Shown: piece by piece, positions 16,394 through 32,790 of the stretch
How the letters are laid out: each line of letters opens with the position of its first letter
Position numbering within the stretch: position 1 is the stretch's first letter
Source of the DNA: Octopus vulgaris
Lineage: Eukaryota
NCBI GenBank assembly: GCA_951406725.2
Contig: OX597817.1
Location: 96,410,001 to 96,474,000, forward strand
Reading direction: 5' to 3'
DNA: 64,000 bases
The notes under the pieces: model-generated
The model's input: the letters and a program-made list of their open reading frames with translations, nothing else
The model's database searches: none
Told to the model about the DNA's origin: nothing
Position numbers and translations under genes: made by a program

Positions 16394-17283
16394 TCAGTAG
16401 GAGCATCGAGGTGTGGTGTATGCTGTTGCCGGCGTTGTCCACCCTGGGTCCATCTGCTGTGGCGGTCTTGTGAACTGTGGGCAGTTCCATCTGCGAGCCC
16501 GAGCCTGATGAGCCAGGGTTAGCTGTTGTACAATCTTTGTGCCATGCACAAAAAGATTCCTGCTCAGCAGCTGCCCTTCTGGGAACAATATCGCTGGTGG
16601 TTTGTGGTACGCACCACATCTGCGTGTACCCGTTTTGGGGCAGGTGATGCCCGGTCCATCCCATTTCCTTTCGGTGGTTGGTTTCTGTGGCAGGGTCCCG
16701 GATGTGCAAAGCGGCAGCCTGCACCTTCCTCTCCATGCCGGCAGGCACCTTTCAGGTAGAACCTACATACCCGTGTGCGCTGCTTGTTTCCATCCTTTTT
16801 GGCATATGGACTGTTAGGGTTTGCCTCTGTCCCTGGCTGCCTTGTCCTCCTTGGCTTTTGTCTGAGTTTTAGCTTCAGTTTTTCCTCTTTTTTTGGCCTC
16901 TTCATCTCCATGTCCACGGCTTTTGGAGCCGGTAGGAGCATCCGTACCTGGGTTCACCTCCCGGGCAGGCCTATCGTTGGAGTTTTCTTCCTGGGCGTCC
17001 ACCAGGTGGGGGTGACCCTCCTCATCTGCGCCCACGTCTCCATCCTTGTCATCTTTACTTTGTTCGTTTTTCGCTGCCACAAATGGCATCCAGTGTGTTT
17101 ATGTGCGATCTGACAAGTGCGTATGAGCGTACGAACATTGCCTCTTCCGCTCTATTTGTGCTGATGTCCTTTGAATCCTTTGTCTTTTAGTGCTGCCGCA
17201 ATTATGTTACTTGGACTTTCTCCGTCAGCATTGCCATCCTCGCAGGAACCACACCAGTTCATCACGTTTCCAAGCTCTGACAT
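16394..17283 (-). pseudogene. Frameshifted ORF1 of family B (Myb-like start + CCCH finger)
   Basis: CRFYLKGACRHGEEGAGCRFAH in the 16564-16941 ORF; SPSNIIAAALKDKGF and AQIERKR fragments near 17140-17230 match family A ORF1. Confidence 0.7.
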
Positions 17284-18636
17284 TCTTGATATATTATCTA
17301 TCTATCTAATTATGTTAAGTTATATTAATCCAAAGTAGGGGGGTAATAGAGAAAGAGAGCGTCTATGTACTTAAGGAGAGATTGGGAGCCAAGAGAAGAG
17401 AGCAGGAGGAAGAGGAGAGATATTTTGTCTATCTATCTATCTATCTAGTTATATTAATCCAATAGTGCAATAGGGGGGGTAGGGGGTAATAGAGAAAGAG
17501 AGCGTCCGTGCACTTAAGGAGAGATTGGGAGCCAAGAGAAGAGAGCAAGAGAGAAGAGGAAGAGGAGATACTGAGTGCTGAAGGAAGATAGAGAAAGCCT
17601 CTAGAGGAGAGCTTGAGATAGACAGAGAAAGCGCAAAGGGAGAGAACCGAAGAGACAGACAGAGAGATCTAAATGAAGCTATTGGGCCAAGAGGGGCGCA
17701 AGGGAGAGAACTAAAGACATAGGAATTGCAATGAAGCTATTGGGACATACATATGTATACACACACACACACACATGTACACACGTGTGCACATGCACAT
17801 ATATAGACAAGAGTAACAAGTGAGTATATAAAGAGACAATAATAATACGAAATACATATATAGGCATATATTATAGCAAAACATATATAAACATATATTA
17901 CAAAGTAATAATAGTAAGAGATTATAAGACAATAATAATAATAAAAATGAAAAATAAAATAAAATAAAATAAAACAGCTGAAAGAAAAGAAAAGAAAGAA
18001 AGAAAACAGGCCAGGAGGTTTTACAGAGTTTATATATATATATGTAGTATACACATACACACATATATATATAACACAAACACATATATTTAAATAAGTG
18101 ATAATAATAATAGATAATAAAATAGTGTAATAATACATTTGTCCGCCGCAACAGACAAATTCTTCTATAACAAAACTATAACTAATTGCGACTATACCTT
18201 TAATAATAATTAAAACAGCTGAAAGAAAACACGCCAAGAAATGGCAATATATATTTATTTTAAGATAAACTAATGTCTCTTAAGATAAACTACAATACGA
18301 TTCTACTACTAACACACACACACACATGCACGTATATATAGATATATGCGCACATACATATATAAACAGAGTAACAGGTAATTTATAGATAATAGATTTA
18401 ACGAAATTAACAGCGAATTAAGAATTCCAGATACGTTTTTGCAAGGATATAAACGATTCTACTACTAACACACACACACACATGCACGTATATACTAACA
18501 CACACACACATACGCACATACATATATAAACAGAGTAACAGGTAATTTATAGATAATAGATTTAACGAAATTAACAGTAACAAGAATTTGTGATACGTTT
18601 TTGCGAGGATATAAACAGGAATTTGGGTACTTATCG

Positions 18637-20315
<1,679 letters not shown>

Positions 20316-20414
20316 ACGGGAAGCTTTATGAAAATAAACAAAAGACGAAGGCAGGTGGAAAACAAACGAACAATTGTATTAGTATGGCGCTCAGGAAATA
20401 TAAATAAAACAAGT

Positions 20415-20450
20415 CTTTAACGGTTCGAGCCTACGCTCTTCAACAGAAAG
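20415..20450 (-). ncRNA. Degenerate minimal hammerhead-like motif in a probable Penelope-like terminal repeat
   Basis: Minus strand cttt-CTGTTGAA-gagc gtag gctc-GAAC(c)GTT-aaag; stems I and II pair but the core has substitutions. Confidence 0.45.
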
Positions 20451-21318
20451 ATACACAGAGAGAGAAAAACACAGAAAGAAGGAAAGAAAAAAAAATGCGT
20501 GCAGTAGCTAACGAATCAACATGGCGATCTGATTTCGGCCAGAGGTCAAAGATCAAACATGAGACGCGAGAGCGAAATAAGGGGAGATAATAGGGTTGAT
20601 AAAGGGGTTGAGGGACCAACTAAAAGTGCGTGGGAGGGGTCTGGATGTATGTATGTATAGGGTTGGTGTATGTATTAGTATGTATAAGGGTGTGTGTGTG
20701 TGTGTGTGTGTGTGTATGAGAGAGTATTAGTGCGTAAGATTGGTCTGGACGTGCGTATGTATGGGGTTGGTGTATGTATTAGTATGTATTAGTATGTATT
20801 GGTATGTATAGGTGTGTGTGTGTGTGTGTGTGAGAGAGTATAAGTGCGTATGCGGGGTCTGGACGTGTGTATGTATAGGGTTGGTGTAAGTATTAGTATG
20901 TACTGGTATGTATTAGTACGTATTAGTATGTATTAGTTGGTGTGTGTATTAGTATGGCACATCATATGTGATGTGATGTGTAAAGTCATGTGGTGTAGTG
21001 AGAAGAGGGGGGGGAGAAGGCGAGGGGAAGAAGAGGGGGGGAGAAGGGGGAAGAGGAGAGGATGGGGGGAAGGAAGGGGAGGAGGGGGATGAAGGAGGAA
21101 AGAGGGAGAGGGGGAGAGAGGGAGTGAGGGAGCAGAGGGAAGGGGAAGAGGGAGGGAGAAAGAGGGAAGAAGGGAAGGGGAGTAGGGGTGAAAGGATGAA
21201 GGACTGAAGAAGTAGGGGTCGGGGGGAGAAAGGATAGGTGAGGAGGGGGAGAGGGGGTTAGATGAGGAGGGGGGAGAGTTGAGATATATATATATACATA
21301 TATATACATATATATACA

Positions 21319-22665
21319 TTTCCTATCTCTCTCTCTACAATATTTAACCGCAGGCTGCCTCCCAGTTCAACTACTTTCTTCTTCAATTTCAACTCCCGCT
21401 CGATGACCGCAGCAAGTTCTTAAAAAATTTATCTTACTATATTTTTTATTCGTTGTTAATACGTTTATTCATACACTGTTACGAAAATTTAACCTTTTTT
21501 AGGATACTTTCAAGCCTTCGCCATAACTTGATTTATCTTCCTATCTCTCTCTCTACAATATTTAACCGCAGGCTGCCTCAAGCCGTAATCCCATCTTTTT
21601 CCCATCTTTCAGTCATTGGCGGTCTTCTTTTTCCTCCTCTTCTTCTTCATATGCTAAAACTTGAAAACCGCCATTACTATTACTATTACGATTCTGCAAT
21701 TTAAATTCCCAGTTCAACTACTTTCTTCTTCAATTTCAACTCCCGCTCGATGACCGCAGCAAGTTCTTAAAAAATTTATCTTACTATATTTTTTATTCGT
21801 TGTTAATACGTTTATTCATACACTGTTACGAAAATTTAACCTTTTTTAGGATACTTTCAAGCCTTCGCCATAACTTGATTTATCTTCCTATCTCTCTCTC
21901 TACAATATTTAACCGCAGGCTGCCTCAAGCCGTAATCCCATCTTTTTCCCATCTTTCAGTCATTGGCGGTCTTCTTTTTCCTCCTCTTCTTCTTCATATG
22001 CTAAAACTTGAAAACCGCCATTACTATTACTATTACGATTCTGCAATTTAAATTCCCAGTTCAACTACTTTCTTCTTCAATTTCAACTCCCGCTCGATGA
22101 CCGCAGCAAGTTCTTAAAAAATTTATCTTACTATATTTTTTATTCGTTGTTAATACGTTTATTCATACACTGTTACGAAAATTTAACCTTTTTTAGGATA
22201 CTTTCAAGCCTTCGCCATAACTTGATTTATCTTCCTATCTCTCTCTCTACAATATTTAACCGCAGGCTGCCTCAAGCCGTAATCCCATCTTTTTCCCATC
22301 TTTCAGTCATTGGCGGTCTTCTTTTTCCTCCTCTTCTTCTTCATATGCTAAAACTTGAAAACCGCCATTACTATTACTATTACGATTCTGCAATTTAAAT
22401 TCCCAGTTCAACTACTTTCTTCTTCAATTTCAACTCCCGCTCGATGACCGCAGCAAGTTCTTAAAAAAAATTTATCTTACTATATTTTTTATTCGTTGTT
22501 AATACGTTTATTCATACACTGTTACGAAAATTTAACCTTTTTAGGATACTTTCAAGCCTTCGCCATAACTTGATTTATCTTCCTATCTCTCTCTCTACAA
22601 TATTTAACCGCAGGCTGCCTCAAGCCGTAATCCCATCTTTTTCCCATCTTTCAGTCATTGGCGGT
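21319..22665. repeat. Tandem array of a 347-bp unit (~3.8 near-identical copies)
   Basis: Identical 83-aa ORFs at 21453, 21800 and 22147 (period 347). Confidence 0.95.
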
Positions 22666-25600
22666 GCGCCCGCCCCCCCCACCACCAATACCGTTGAACA
22701 CTGTTCTCACCCCCACCACCAATACCGTTGAACACTGTTCTCACCCCCCCACCACCAATACCAGTATACCCCGTTCTCTCCATCTACACCGGATACACCT
22801 TACTCATCTACACTGGGTACGCCCTACTCCCTCCTCCTCCTCCCACTACCCCTTCTCCTCATATGCTTAAGACAAGCTGCTAGCGCCATAGCTCATCAAC
22901 TGCCCACCGATCTTACGCTTCCTCCTGACACTGCCTCAATCCGACCATCCCCTTTTAGTACCCTCCCGCCTCGTCAATCCGACCATCCCCTTTAGTACCC
23001 TCCCGCCTCGTAATATCCTACGTTTTTATTTCTTAGGAACCTACACCAACCCTTCCTGCCATCGTTCCTCCTTACCCCAACCTTCCCCACTGGTTGCTCC
23101 CCTATATTACCCGCCTCAACTGGACCTCCCCAACTCAACTCTAGAATATCTGTATTTCTTTCCTCTACCTAATTACGTTACTCAGAGACGATAACAAATG
23201 TCCACTGCTAACACCAGCTCCTGCCCACGGCGTGGTCAGGTTGGAAGAGAGATCAAAAGAAAAATACCACGAAAACTATCACCACCACTACAACCCTCCT
23301 CTTCTCAGGCGCCGAATCCCCCTGTCCCCCCCACATCTCCTTCCCAGTTTTCAGAGTTGGCACTATCAATGTTGGTACATTGACAGGCAAGTCTAGTGAG
23401 ATTGTAGAGATGCTAGAGAGAAGACAGGTTGATGTATGCTGCATACAAGAGGTAAGATGGAGAGATGCTTCGGCTAGGGTCCTCACGGGCAAGGCACTTA
23501 GATACAAACTCTACTGGCAAGGTAACGCGGAAGGTGTAGGGGGTGTAGGCATTCTCCTTGCGGAGGAATGGGTGGATAAGGTCATAGAGGTTGTCAGGGT
23601 TTGTGATAGAGTGCTTAAGCTCAGGTTGGTCCTACAGAGTGGCACAGCTATGATTATCTCAGCCTATGCCCCACAAGCGGGACTACCAAATGATCAGAAG
23701 GACAACTTTTATGATACCCTTCTGCAGGCTACTTCAAAGACTAGTAACAAGGACCTCATCTTTGTAGGTGGAGATTTTAACGGGCATGTTGGACGGGAAT
23801 CGGGTATCTTCACTGGGGTACATGGTGGATATGGTATTGGCACCAGAAACGATGAGGGAACTAGACTACTGGAATTCTGTGATGCATGTAACCTTTCAAT
23901 CTGCAACACTAACTTCAAGAAGCCAGTCTGCCACCTTATAACTTATCAGTCAGGAGACTCCGCTAGCCAAATAGACTTCATCCTCACCAGACAACGGGAT
24001 GCAGGGTTGCTCTTGAATACAAAGACCCTCCCGGGTGAAGAATGTATCCCTCAGCATAGACTAATCATCAGTGACTTTAAGCTTGAGGCCAGAAGGACTC
24101 CAAGAAACAAACCAATCCAGAAAAGAAGGATTTGGAGGCTAAAGAACCCTTCGCATGGTCAGAAATTTAGGGACATACTCATCAAGAAATTTGATGAGAG
24201 GGAAGAGGAGCTTCAGATGTCAGACATAGAAGGTAGCTGGGAATTCCTACGGGACAGCTTGTTGAGTGCCACAGACCAAGTTTGTGGATGGTGCAAAGTC
24301 CCTTCCAGACCTAGAATTACGTGGTGGTGGAATAGTGCAGTAGATAAAGCCATCTGTGAAAAGAGACGGGCCTGGAAAGCCTGGAAGGAGGGGGCAGCAG
24401 GGAACTGTACCAGATAGCCAAAAGGGAGGCTGGGCGGCAGGTATACATTGCCAAAGATGTAGCAGAAAAGAAGAAGTTTGCCAATGTCCAGCGTCGCGAG
24501 GATCAAAGAGCTGAAGTATTTCGGATTGCCAGACAGTGTGTCAGAGAAAATAGCGATGTTATAGGAGAGAAATGTGTCCGCATGGATGATGGGGCACTTG
24601 CTTTTACTACTAGTGAAAAGAAAGAGGCTTGGAGAAGCCATTATGAAAGACTGCTAAATGAGGAGAATGAATGGGAGGAGGAGAGCCTGCCAAATGTTGA
24701 CCCAGTAGAGGGACCAGCTACCCGAATAGACAGCTCCCTTGTAGATAAGGCAATTAAGGATATGAAACCAGGCAAAGCCCCTGGCCTATCAGGAATCACT
24801 GCTGAGATGCTTAAAACAGCTGGCTATGTGGGCCATGCCATAGTCACCCGCATTGTAAACCAGGTAGTTCACAATGGAGCCATACCCAATGACTGGTGCA
24901 GCAGTACCATAGTCAACTGCTACAAGGGTAAGGGTGATGCTCTAGATAGAAATAACTACAGAGGTATCAAACTGTTGGACCAGGTGATGAAGGTCTCAGA
25001 GAAGGTCATAACCAATCTCATTAGGGAGAGAATTTGTTTAGATGAAATGCAGTTCGGTTTTGTACCAGGTAGAAGCACCACTGATGCTATATTCCTGGTC
25101 CGACAACTGCAGGAGAAGTACCTAGCTAAAGATAAACCCCTCTACATAGCTTTTGTAGACTTGGAGAAAGCCTTTGACAGGGTTCCCCGTTCCCTTATCT
25201 GGTGGTCGATGCGGAAACTGGAGATTGAAGAATGGCTAATAAGGGCTGTACAGGCTCTATACAGAGAGGCTGTTAGCAAGGTTAGGATTGGCAACGAATA
25301 TAGTGAAGAATTCCGAGTAGAAGTAGGTGTGCACCAGGGCTCAGCCCTCAGTCCCCTTTTGTTCATCATAGTACTTCAAGCAATAACAGAGGAATTCAAA
25401 ACGGGATGCCCCTGGGAGCTCCTCTATGCCGATGACCTAGCTCTCATAGCAGAATCACTACCGGAACTAGAAGAGAAATTTCGGGTATGGAAGCAAGGGT
25501 TGGAATCAAAGGGCCTTAGAATAAATGTAGCAAAGACCAAAGTATTAGTAAGCAGCAAGAGGTACTCAACACACATCCCCTCGGGTAGGTGGCCCTGCTC

Positions 25601-26761
25601 AACCTGTAGGAAAGGTACAGGTAGAAACTCCATATGATGCACCCAATGTAAGTTATGGACACATAAGAGGTGCAGCAACATTAAAGGGAAATTAACAGAT
25701 AAGATAGCTTTCATGTGCGGCAGATGCACAGGGACAATAGACACAACAGACACTCAGAAAACAGATTCCATCACACTCCAGGGAGAGAAACTAGAAGTAG
25801 TTGATAGTTTCCGCTACCTGGGAGACCAAGTTAGTAGCGGAGGTGGATGCACAGAGAGTATCACCACTAGAATACGAATAGCCTGGGCAAAGTTCAGAAA
25901 GCTCCTACCCCTACTGACAACAAAAGGCCTCTCCCTCAGAGCAAAAGGTAGATTATATGATGCATGTGTGCGAACTGCCATGCTTCACGGTAATGAAACA
26001 TGGGCTGTGACTGCAGAAGACATGCGTAGACTTGAAAGAAATGAAGCTAGCATGATCCGCTGGATGTGTAGTGTCAGTGTGCACGCAAAACAGAGTGTAA
26101 GTATCCTGAGAGAAATGCTGGATATAAGAAGCATCAGATGTGGTGTGCAAGAGCGACGCTTGCGATGGTATGGTCATGTGCTGCGGATGGATGAAGAGAG
26201 ATGTGTGAAGAAGTGCCACTCCCAAACAGTTGAAGGTATCAGGGGGAGAGGTAGACCCAGGAAGACATGGGATGAGGTGGTCAAGCATGACCTCAGAGCA
26301 TTGGGCCTCACTGAGGCAATGGCGAAGGACCGAGATCTCTGGAGATATGCTGTGACTACAAAGACCCGGGCTGCTTTCTGCAGCAATTCCACATACCCCC
26401 TACCCATTCTAAGTACCCCGGATCCCCAAAGTACCCCGGATCCCCAAAGTACCCTGGATCCCCAAAATACCCCAATCCCCAAAGTACCCCGGACCTCGTT
26501 GCCCCCGTGCCGCTGACACGTTAAAATGCTCGAATCCGATCGTGACGATGCCGGACCCTCCGGCCCCTGTGCAGGTGGCACGTAAAAAGCACCCAATCCA
26601 CTCACGGAGTGGTTGGCGTTAGGAAGGGCATCCAGCCGTAGAAACTCTGCCAGATTCAGACTGGAGCCTGGAGCGGCCCCTGGCTTCCCAGACCCGGTCA
26701 AACCGTCCAACCCGTGCTAGCGCGGAAAGCGGACGTTAAACGATGATGATGATGATGATGA

Positions 26762-26763
<2 letters not shown>
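22666..26763 (+). mobile_element. Near full-length RTE-clade LINE with (GAT)n tail
   Basis: APE + RT, RTE-type C-terminus RLRWYGHVLRM...RGRGRPRKTW, 3'UTR ending gacgttaaacgatgatgatg; 5' boundary uncertain. Confidence 0.92.
23340..26516 (+). pseudogene. RTE ORF: APE (23380-24417), RT (24582-25637), PHD finger and C-terminal part (25713-26516); one frameshift (~24400) and one in-frame TGA (25635-25637)
   Basis: NVGTLTG, CIQEVRW, GDFNGH, QIDFIL; NYRGIKLL, QFGFVPGRST, FVDLEKAFD, GVHQGSALSP, LYADDL, FRYLG. Confidence 0.92.
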
Positions 26764-26806
<43 letters not shown>

Positions 26807-26821
26807 TCTACATATATATAC

Positions 26822-26868
<47 letters not shown>

Positions 26869-27054
26869 TATACATATATATACATATATATATATGGTGA
26901 AATAGAAAGATGAATTTTCTTGTTACAGATTATTCAAAAGTTTAACCGATACCTGGGTAGCAAAAATCACAGCAGAAGAAAGCACGGTTGGAGATAAAAC
27001 CATTTGGTGTTGCAACCGTGCGTTGGTGCGGATAATTGAAGTTTAATATTATTA

Positions 27055-27189
27055 GTGAATGGAAGAAATGGGGTTGAACGAAGATTGAACAGAATTCCTT
27101 TTATTACATTCTACACATGTGAAACATGTGTAGAATGTAATAAAAGGAATTCTGTTCAATCTTCGTTCAACTCCATTTCTTCCATTCAC
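27055..27189. repeat. Near-perfect 66-bp-arm palindrome
   Basis: 27055-27120 vs 27124-27189, one mismatch, 3-nt spacer. Confidence 0.95.
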
Positions 27190-27212
27190 ATATATATATA
27201 TATATATTATTT

Positions 27213-27616
27213 AAAAACCACCTTTAATATCAATTCAAAATGAACAATTAAATTACACCATCTAGAAAATTACATATTTGATTTTTTGATTTTGATTTTT
27301 CTAGTTTCAGCTAATGAGCTGTGGCCATGCTGGGGCACCGCCATCTGGTTTGCTACACGATTTTTACCTCACAGATGCTTTTTAGCAAACGCCATCTGAT
27401 GCATGAAATAGAAATATTAAAATTAAAATAACAATAACATACCGATGATTAAGTAAATTGCAAAATAATAATAAAAAGGTATATATTTTGTAGAATAAGG
27501 TTTTTATTATTATTTTGCAATTTACTTCATCATTGGTATATTATTGTTATTTATATGTAATTTTCTAGATGGTGTAATTAAATTTTTCCTTTTGAATTGA
27601 TAAAAGGTGGGTTTTT
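27213..27616. repeat. Fold-back element interrupted by a LINE 3'-end fragment (~27290-27410)
   Basis: 27213-27277 inverts to 27553-27616 and 27427-27477 inverts to 27501-27551; a related arm lies at ~33932-33995. Confidence 0.8.
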
Positions 27617-27639
27617 TTCTCATTTTTATATATATATAT

Positions 27640-27995
27640 TATCATCATTATTTAACGTCTGTTTTCCATGCTAGCATGGGTTGGATGGTTCGACCGGGAT
27701 CTGGGAAGCCAGAAGATTGCACCAGGCTCCAGTCTGATCTAGCAGTGTTTCAACAGCTGGATGCCCCTCCTAACGCCAACCACTCCGTGAGTGTAGTGGG
27801 TGCTTTTTACGAGCCACCAGCACAGGAGCCAGGCAAGGCTGGCAACGGCCACGATCGGTTGGTGCTTTTTACATGTCACTGGCACAGAATCCAGTCAAGG
27901 CGGTGCTGGCATCAGCCACGTTCGGATGGTGCTTTTTACGTGCCACCAGCACAGGGATCACAACTACAATTTCCATTGATTTTGATGTTGATGTA
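27640..27995 (-). mobile_element. RTE 3'UTR-derived / SINE-like copy
   Basis: Reverse complement of the 26560-26760 motifs (ggttggcgttaggaggggcatccagc, gacgttaaat(gat)n). Confidence 0.85.
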
Positions 27996-28075
27996 CTATA
28001 TTTTGTGAAATTTGATTTAGTATTTCTAAATTGAATTTTTCCCTGTAAGTTAGGAATAATATTCCCTCAAATAAT

Positions 28076-28109
<34 letters not shown>

Positions 28110-28310
28110 CCTATACATACATATATATCTATCTATACATATGTACATATATATATCTATCTGCACATATGCACATATATATATCTATCTGCACATATGC
28201 ACATATATATATCTATCTGCACATATGCACATATATATATCTATCTATACATATGTACATATATATATATATCTATCTATCTAAATATATATATATATCT
28301 ATCTATCTAA

Positions 28311-28359
<49 letters not shown>

Positions 28360-28824
28360 TATATATATATATTTGGCTTTTGAATTGTAGTGGGTTTGGT
28401 TATTATCATTATTATTATAATTATTATTATTATTGTTGTTGTTGTGGAAATATTATTATTTCTATAAATAGTTTCTTGATAGTTATTAGTTATGTTATCT
28501 ATTTATTTAGTATGCTTTATTATTATTTTTATAAAGGGATTCAACGTATTACATATAATTTAATTTGAGAATTTATTTTGTTAGACAATATATTATTTAA
28601 TAATTAGGTGGTATATTTATCACGTAGTATTACATTTAAGTAAATTAGTTTTTATATTAATTGATATTTTGGTCAACTATATTATTGAGTGAAATATTAA
28701 ATCTATAGATACTACATATATATTAATTATATAATTAATTTATATAATGGGTGTGTGCATATTTGAACCATTTCCTATTTTTGATTCCAGTATTTATGGC
28801 TTGTACTAACAGTGTGTATATTAA

Positions 28825-29767
28825 CCCTTTCGTTACTATATTTCTGACCAAAATACACCCCTCATGAGTTTCAATTAAATTCTAAAATAATCATGAATCT
28901 AGGCTTGTTTCATTAAATAACTGTAACTTTCTTACTTATCAACATTTTAATGTGATATTTGGAACATAATTAAAGAAAGGGTTCAATTCTAATCAATTCT
29001 ATTGCATAACTTTTGTCTCAAAGTGACTTTAATTACAGGTAAATCCAGGTAAATTGAGCAAAAGCTAAAAATATTAAAATTTTAAATTGAGCAAAAGGTA
29101 AAAATATTAAAATTTTGTTTAAACATCACCATAGAAAATTAATCATCAGCTAATATTCAAATGGGTATGCAACAAAATTTTGATAAAGAAGAATTGTGCA
29201 CATCACTATATCATCAGTAGAATTTAATGCACAACAGGTGTACCATAAAGGTGGAATAAAGTGAAATACTGGAATCCACCGCAAGTTTGACCGAACTAAA
29301 TAAATCGGTCAAAAAATAATATACGGCCCTGGTTATGGTATGGAAGTGATAAATTCCAGACCACATCGTTCCCTAGGCCATGCTGACTAACATTATTTTC
29401 CCTGTATAAAAACTAAATCCACCACAGTACCCAGTATTTGCTTCACAGATTTTCCAATTCGGAATCAATGCTTGATAACATGAAACTCCAATCCATTTTC
29501 AAAATTTAAGAAAAATCGATGCCGAAAAAAATGTGGAAAAACATCTCCCAAAATTCAGGGAATTAAAATTACACGTCGATCGTTGTACAAAACTGTAGAT
29601 GAACTGTTTACGAAGTATAATCACGTGTTTTCACGAGTGTACTAAAGAGATTTGCTCTGATATTCTCATTTAAATATGAATAGGTAAATTCGGACGGCTT
29701 TGGCCGGTTTGGTCACATTAACCAAAATTTTTTTCGGGCGGCTTTGGGCGGTTTGGTAACGAAAGGG
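28825..29767 (-). mobile_element. Internally deleted piggyBac element
   Basis: TTAA TSD on both sides (28821-24, 29768-71), TIR CCCTTTCGTTAC; minus-strand remnant WKICEANTGY..FYTGK/HGLGNDVVWNL..ILFFDRF (~29300-29456, one frameshift). Confidence 0.85.
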
Positions 29768-29933
29768 TTAATTAACACTAAGGTTTTTAGTATAAATTGC
29801 CTAATGGGTATTAGACTTTATTTGGATGTTTATTAAATAAATATACTAATTAATAATTTGATTTAATGTATATAGTTTAAAGTGTTGTATATAGTTTTTA
29901 CTTAATGTATATTTTGTATCTCATATATATATA

Positions 29934-31708
<1,775 letters not shown>

Positions 31709-31784
31709 TAAAGAATATATTTGTATTTTACAAGATTATTTACGTATGTTTATTAATTAATTATTTTATTATTGTAGTTATCTT

Positions 31785-31888
31785 TAACCTGATGAGTGGC
31801 TTTATTTATATTGGAGTGATTTTACTACTACTATTAATATTTTTACTATAATCATTTCTTAAATATAGCCATGAAACACTTGTCATTA
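31785..31888 (+). ncRNA. Type I hammerhead ribozyme motif
   Basis: CTGATGA(31789-95)-gtggct/agccat-GAAA(31873-76)C-actt-GTC(31882-84); stem I taac/atta has one mismatch. Confidence 0.65.
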
Positions 31889-31958
31889 TTCTACCAAATA
31901 TATACGTTTTATTTATTATTTTGCACATTACTTAATCATTGTTATATGTTTTATCTTA

Positions 31959-32356
31959 TACTAGCAGTATCGCCCGGCGTTGCTCGGGTTTGTAAGGGAA
32001 ATAATTATATAAGCATTTTTAGAGATGTAAAGTATAATAGCCATCTCAATATGGCTAACCACAAAGGGGGAGGGGTGTTACTGTAGCTTTTTACGTTCTG
32101 AGATTTAATAATAAATTTTAGAGAGTTACTTCCCTTATATATGTCAAAAATGGATTAAAAATGGGAAAAATTGATGGTAAATTTTTTTTTAAATCGTAGA
32201 CTCATCGTAGACGCGCGCTAATACCCAGACGGTCTCGATATGAATCACGACTATAAGATACCCGGTTTTGGTTAAACTGCACCGCAAAATGTGGGAGTAG
32301 TTAGGAATCTAAATCGTAGGAGACAGACACACAACCTCACTTTTATATATCAAGAT
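31959..32356 (+). mobile_element. Non-autonomous Helitron-like element
   Basis: Starts actagcagtatcgcccggcgttgctcggg, ends cacttttatatat; same terminus inverted at ~48895-48930. Confidence 0.55.
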
Positions 32357-32418
32357 TTCCTCTATTTACATAATATTGAGGTCTCTTTCTTTCTTTTGTT
32401 ATCTTACTGTTTTTACCA

Positions 32419-32459
<41 letters not shown>

Positions 32460-32531
32460 TATATATAGTTACAGAGATGTACTTGCATAGCAAGTGACTT
32501 GATCTGAGATCGTGTGCTGGAACGAAAACAG

Positions 32532-32790
32532 TTGCAGCGTTGAAGGTGTTTATAAGCCATTTAAGAAACACACAAAAACCGTTAGATTCACTTCAACATT
32601 TAAATTTAATTTGTCAAAATATTTTCGTCGCTTTGAGACCGCGACCTGTTAGCACAATATTTTTGTCAGTGAACAGGTCGTGGTCTCAAAGCGAGGAAAA
32701 TATTTTGGCAAATTAAATTTAAATGTTGAAGTGAATCTAACGGTTTTTGTGTGTTTCTTAAATGGCTTACAAACACCTTCCACGCTGCAA
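32532..32790. repeat. ~120-bp-arm inverted repeat
   Basis: 32532-32650 vs 32672-32790 with a few mismatches. Confidence 0.92.

Larger units (their letters stand above)
13194..17740 (-). mobile_element. Near full-length CR1/L2-group LINE (family B)
   Basis: (AATC)n tail abutting (TA)n, intact ORF2, degenerate ORF1, CT-rich leader; 5' boundary approximate. Confidence 0.9.

Noticed and set aside
21453-22398. Triplicated 83-aa ORF as a gene family, or the array as CRISPR-like
   Set aside because: Non-ATG start, no recognisable motif, and whole units are identical with no unique spacers
25635-25637. In-frame TGA inside the Cys-rich RTE finger as possible selenocysteine or readthrough
   Set aside because: Other copies (~40998, ~58965) have AGA (Arg) here, so it is a point mutation
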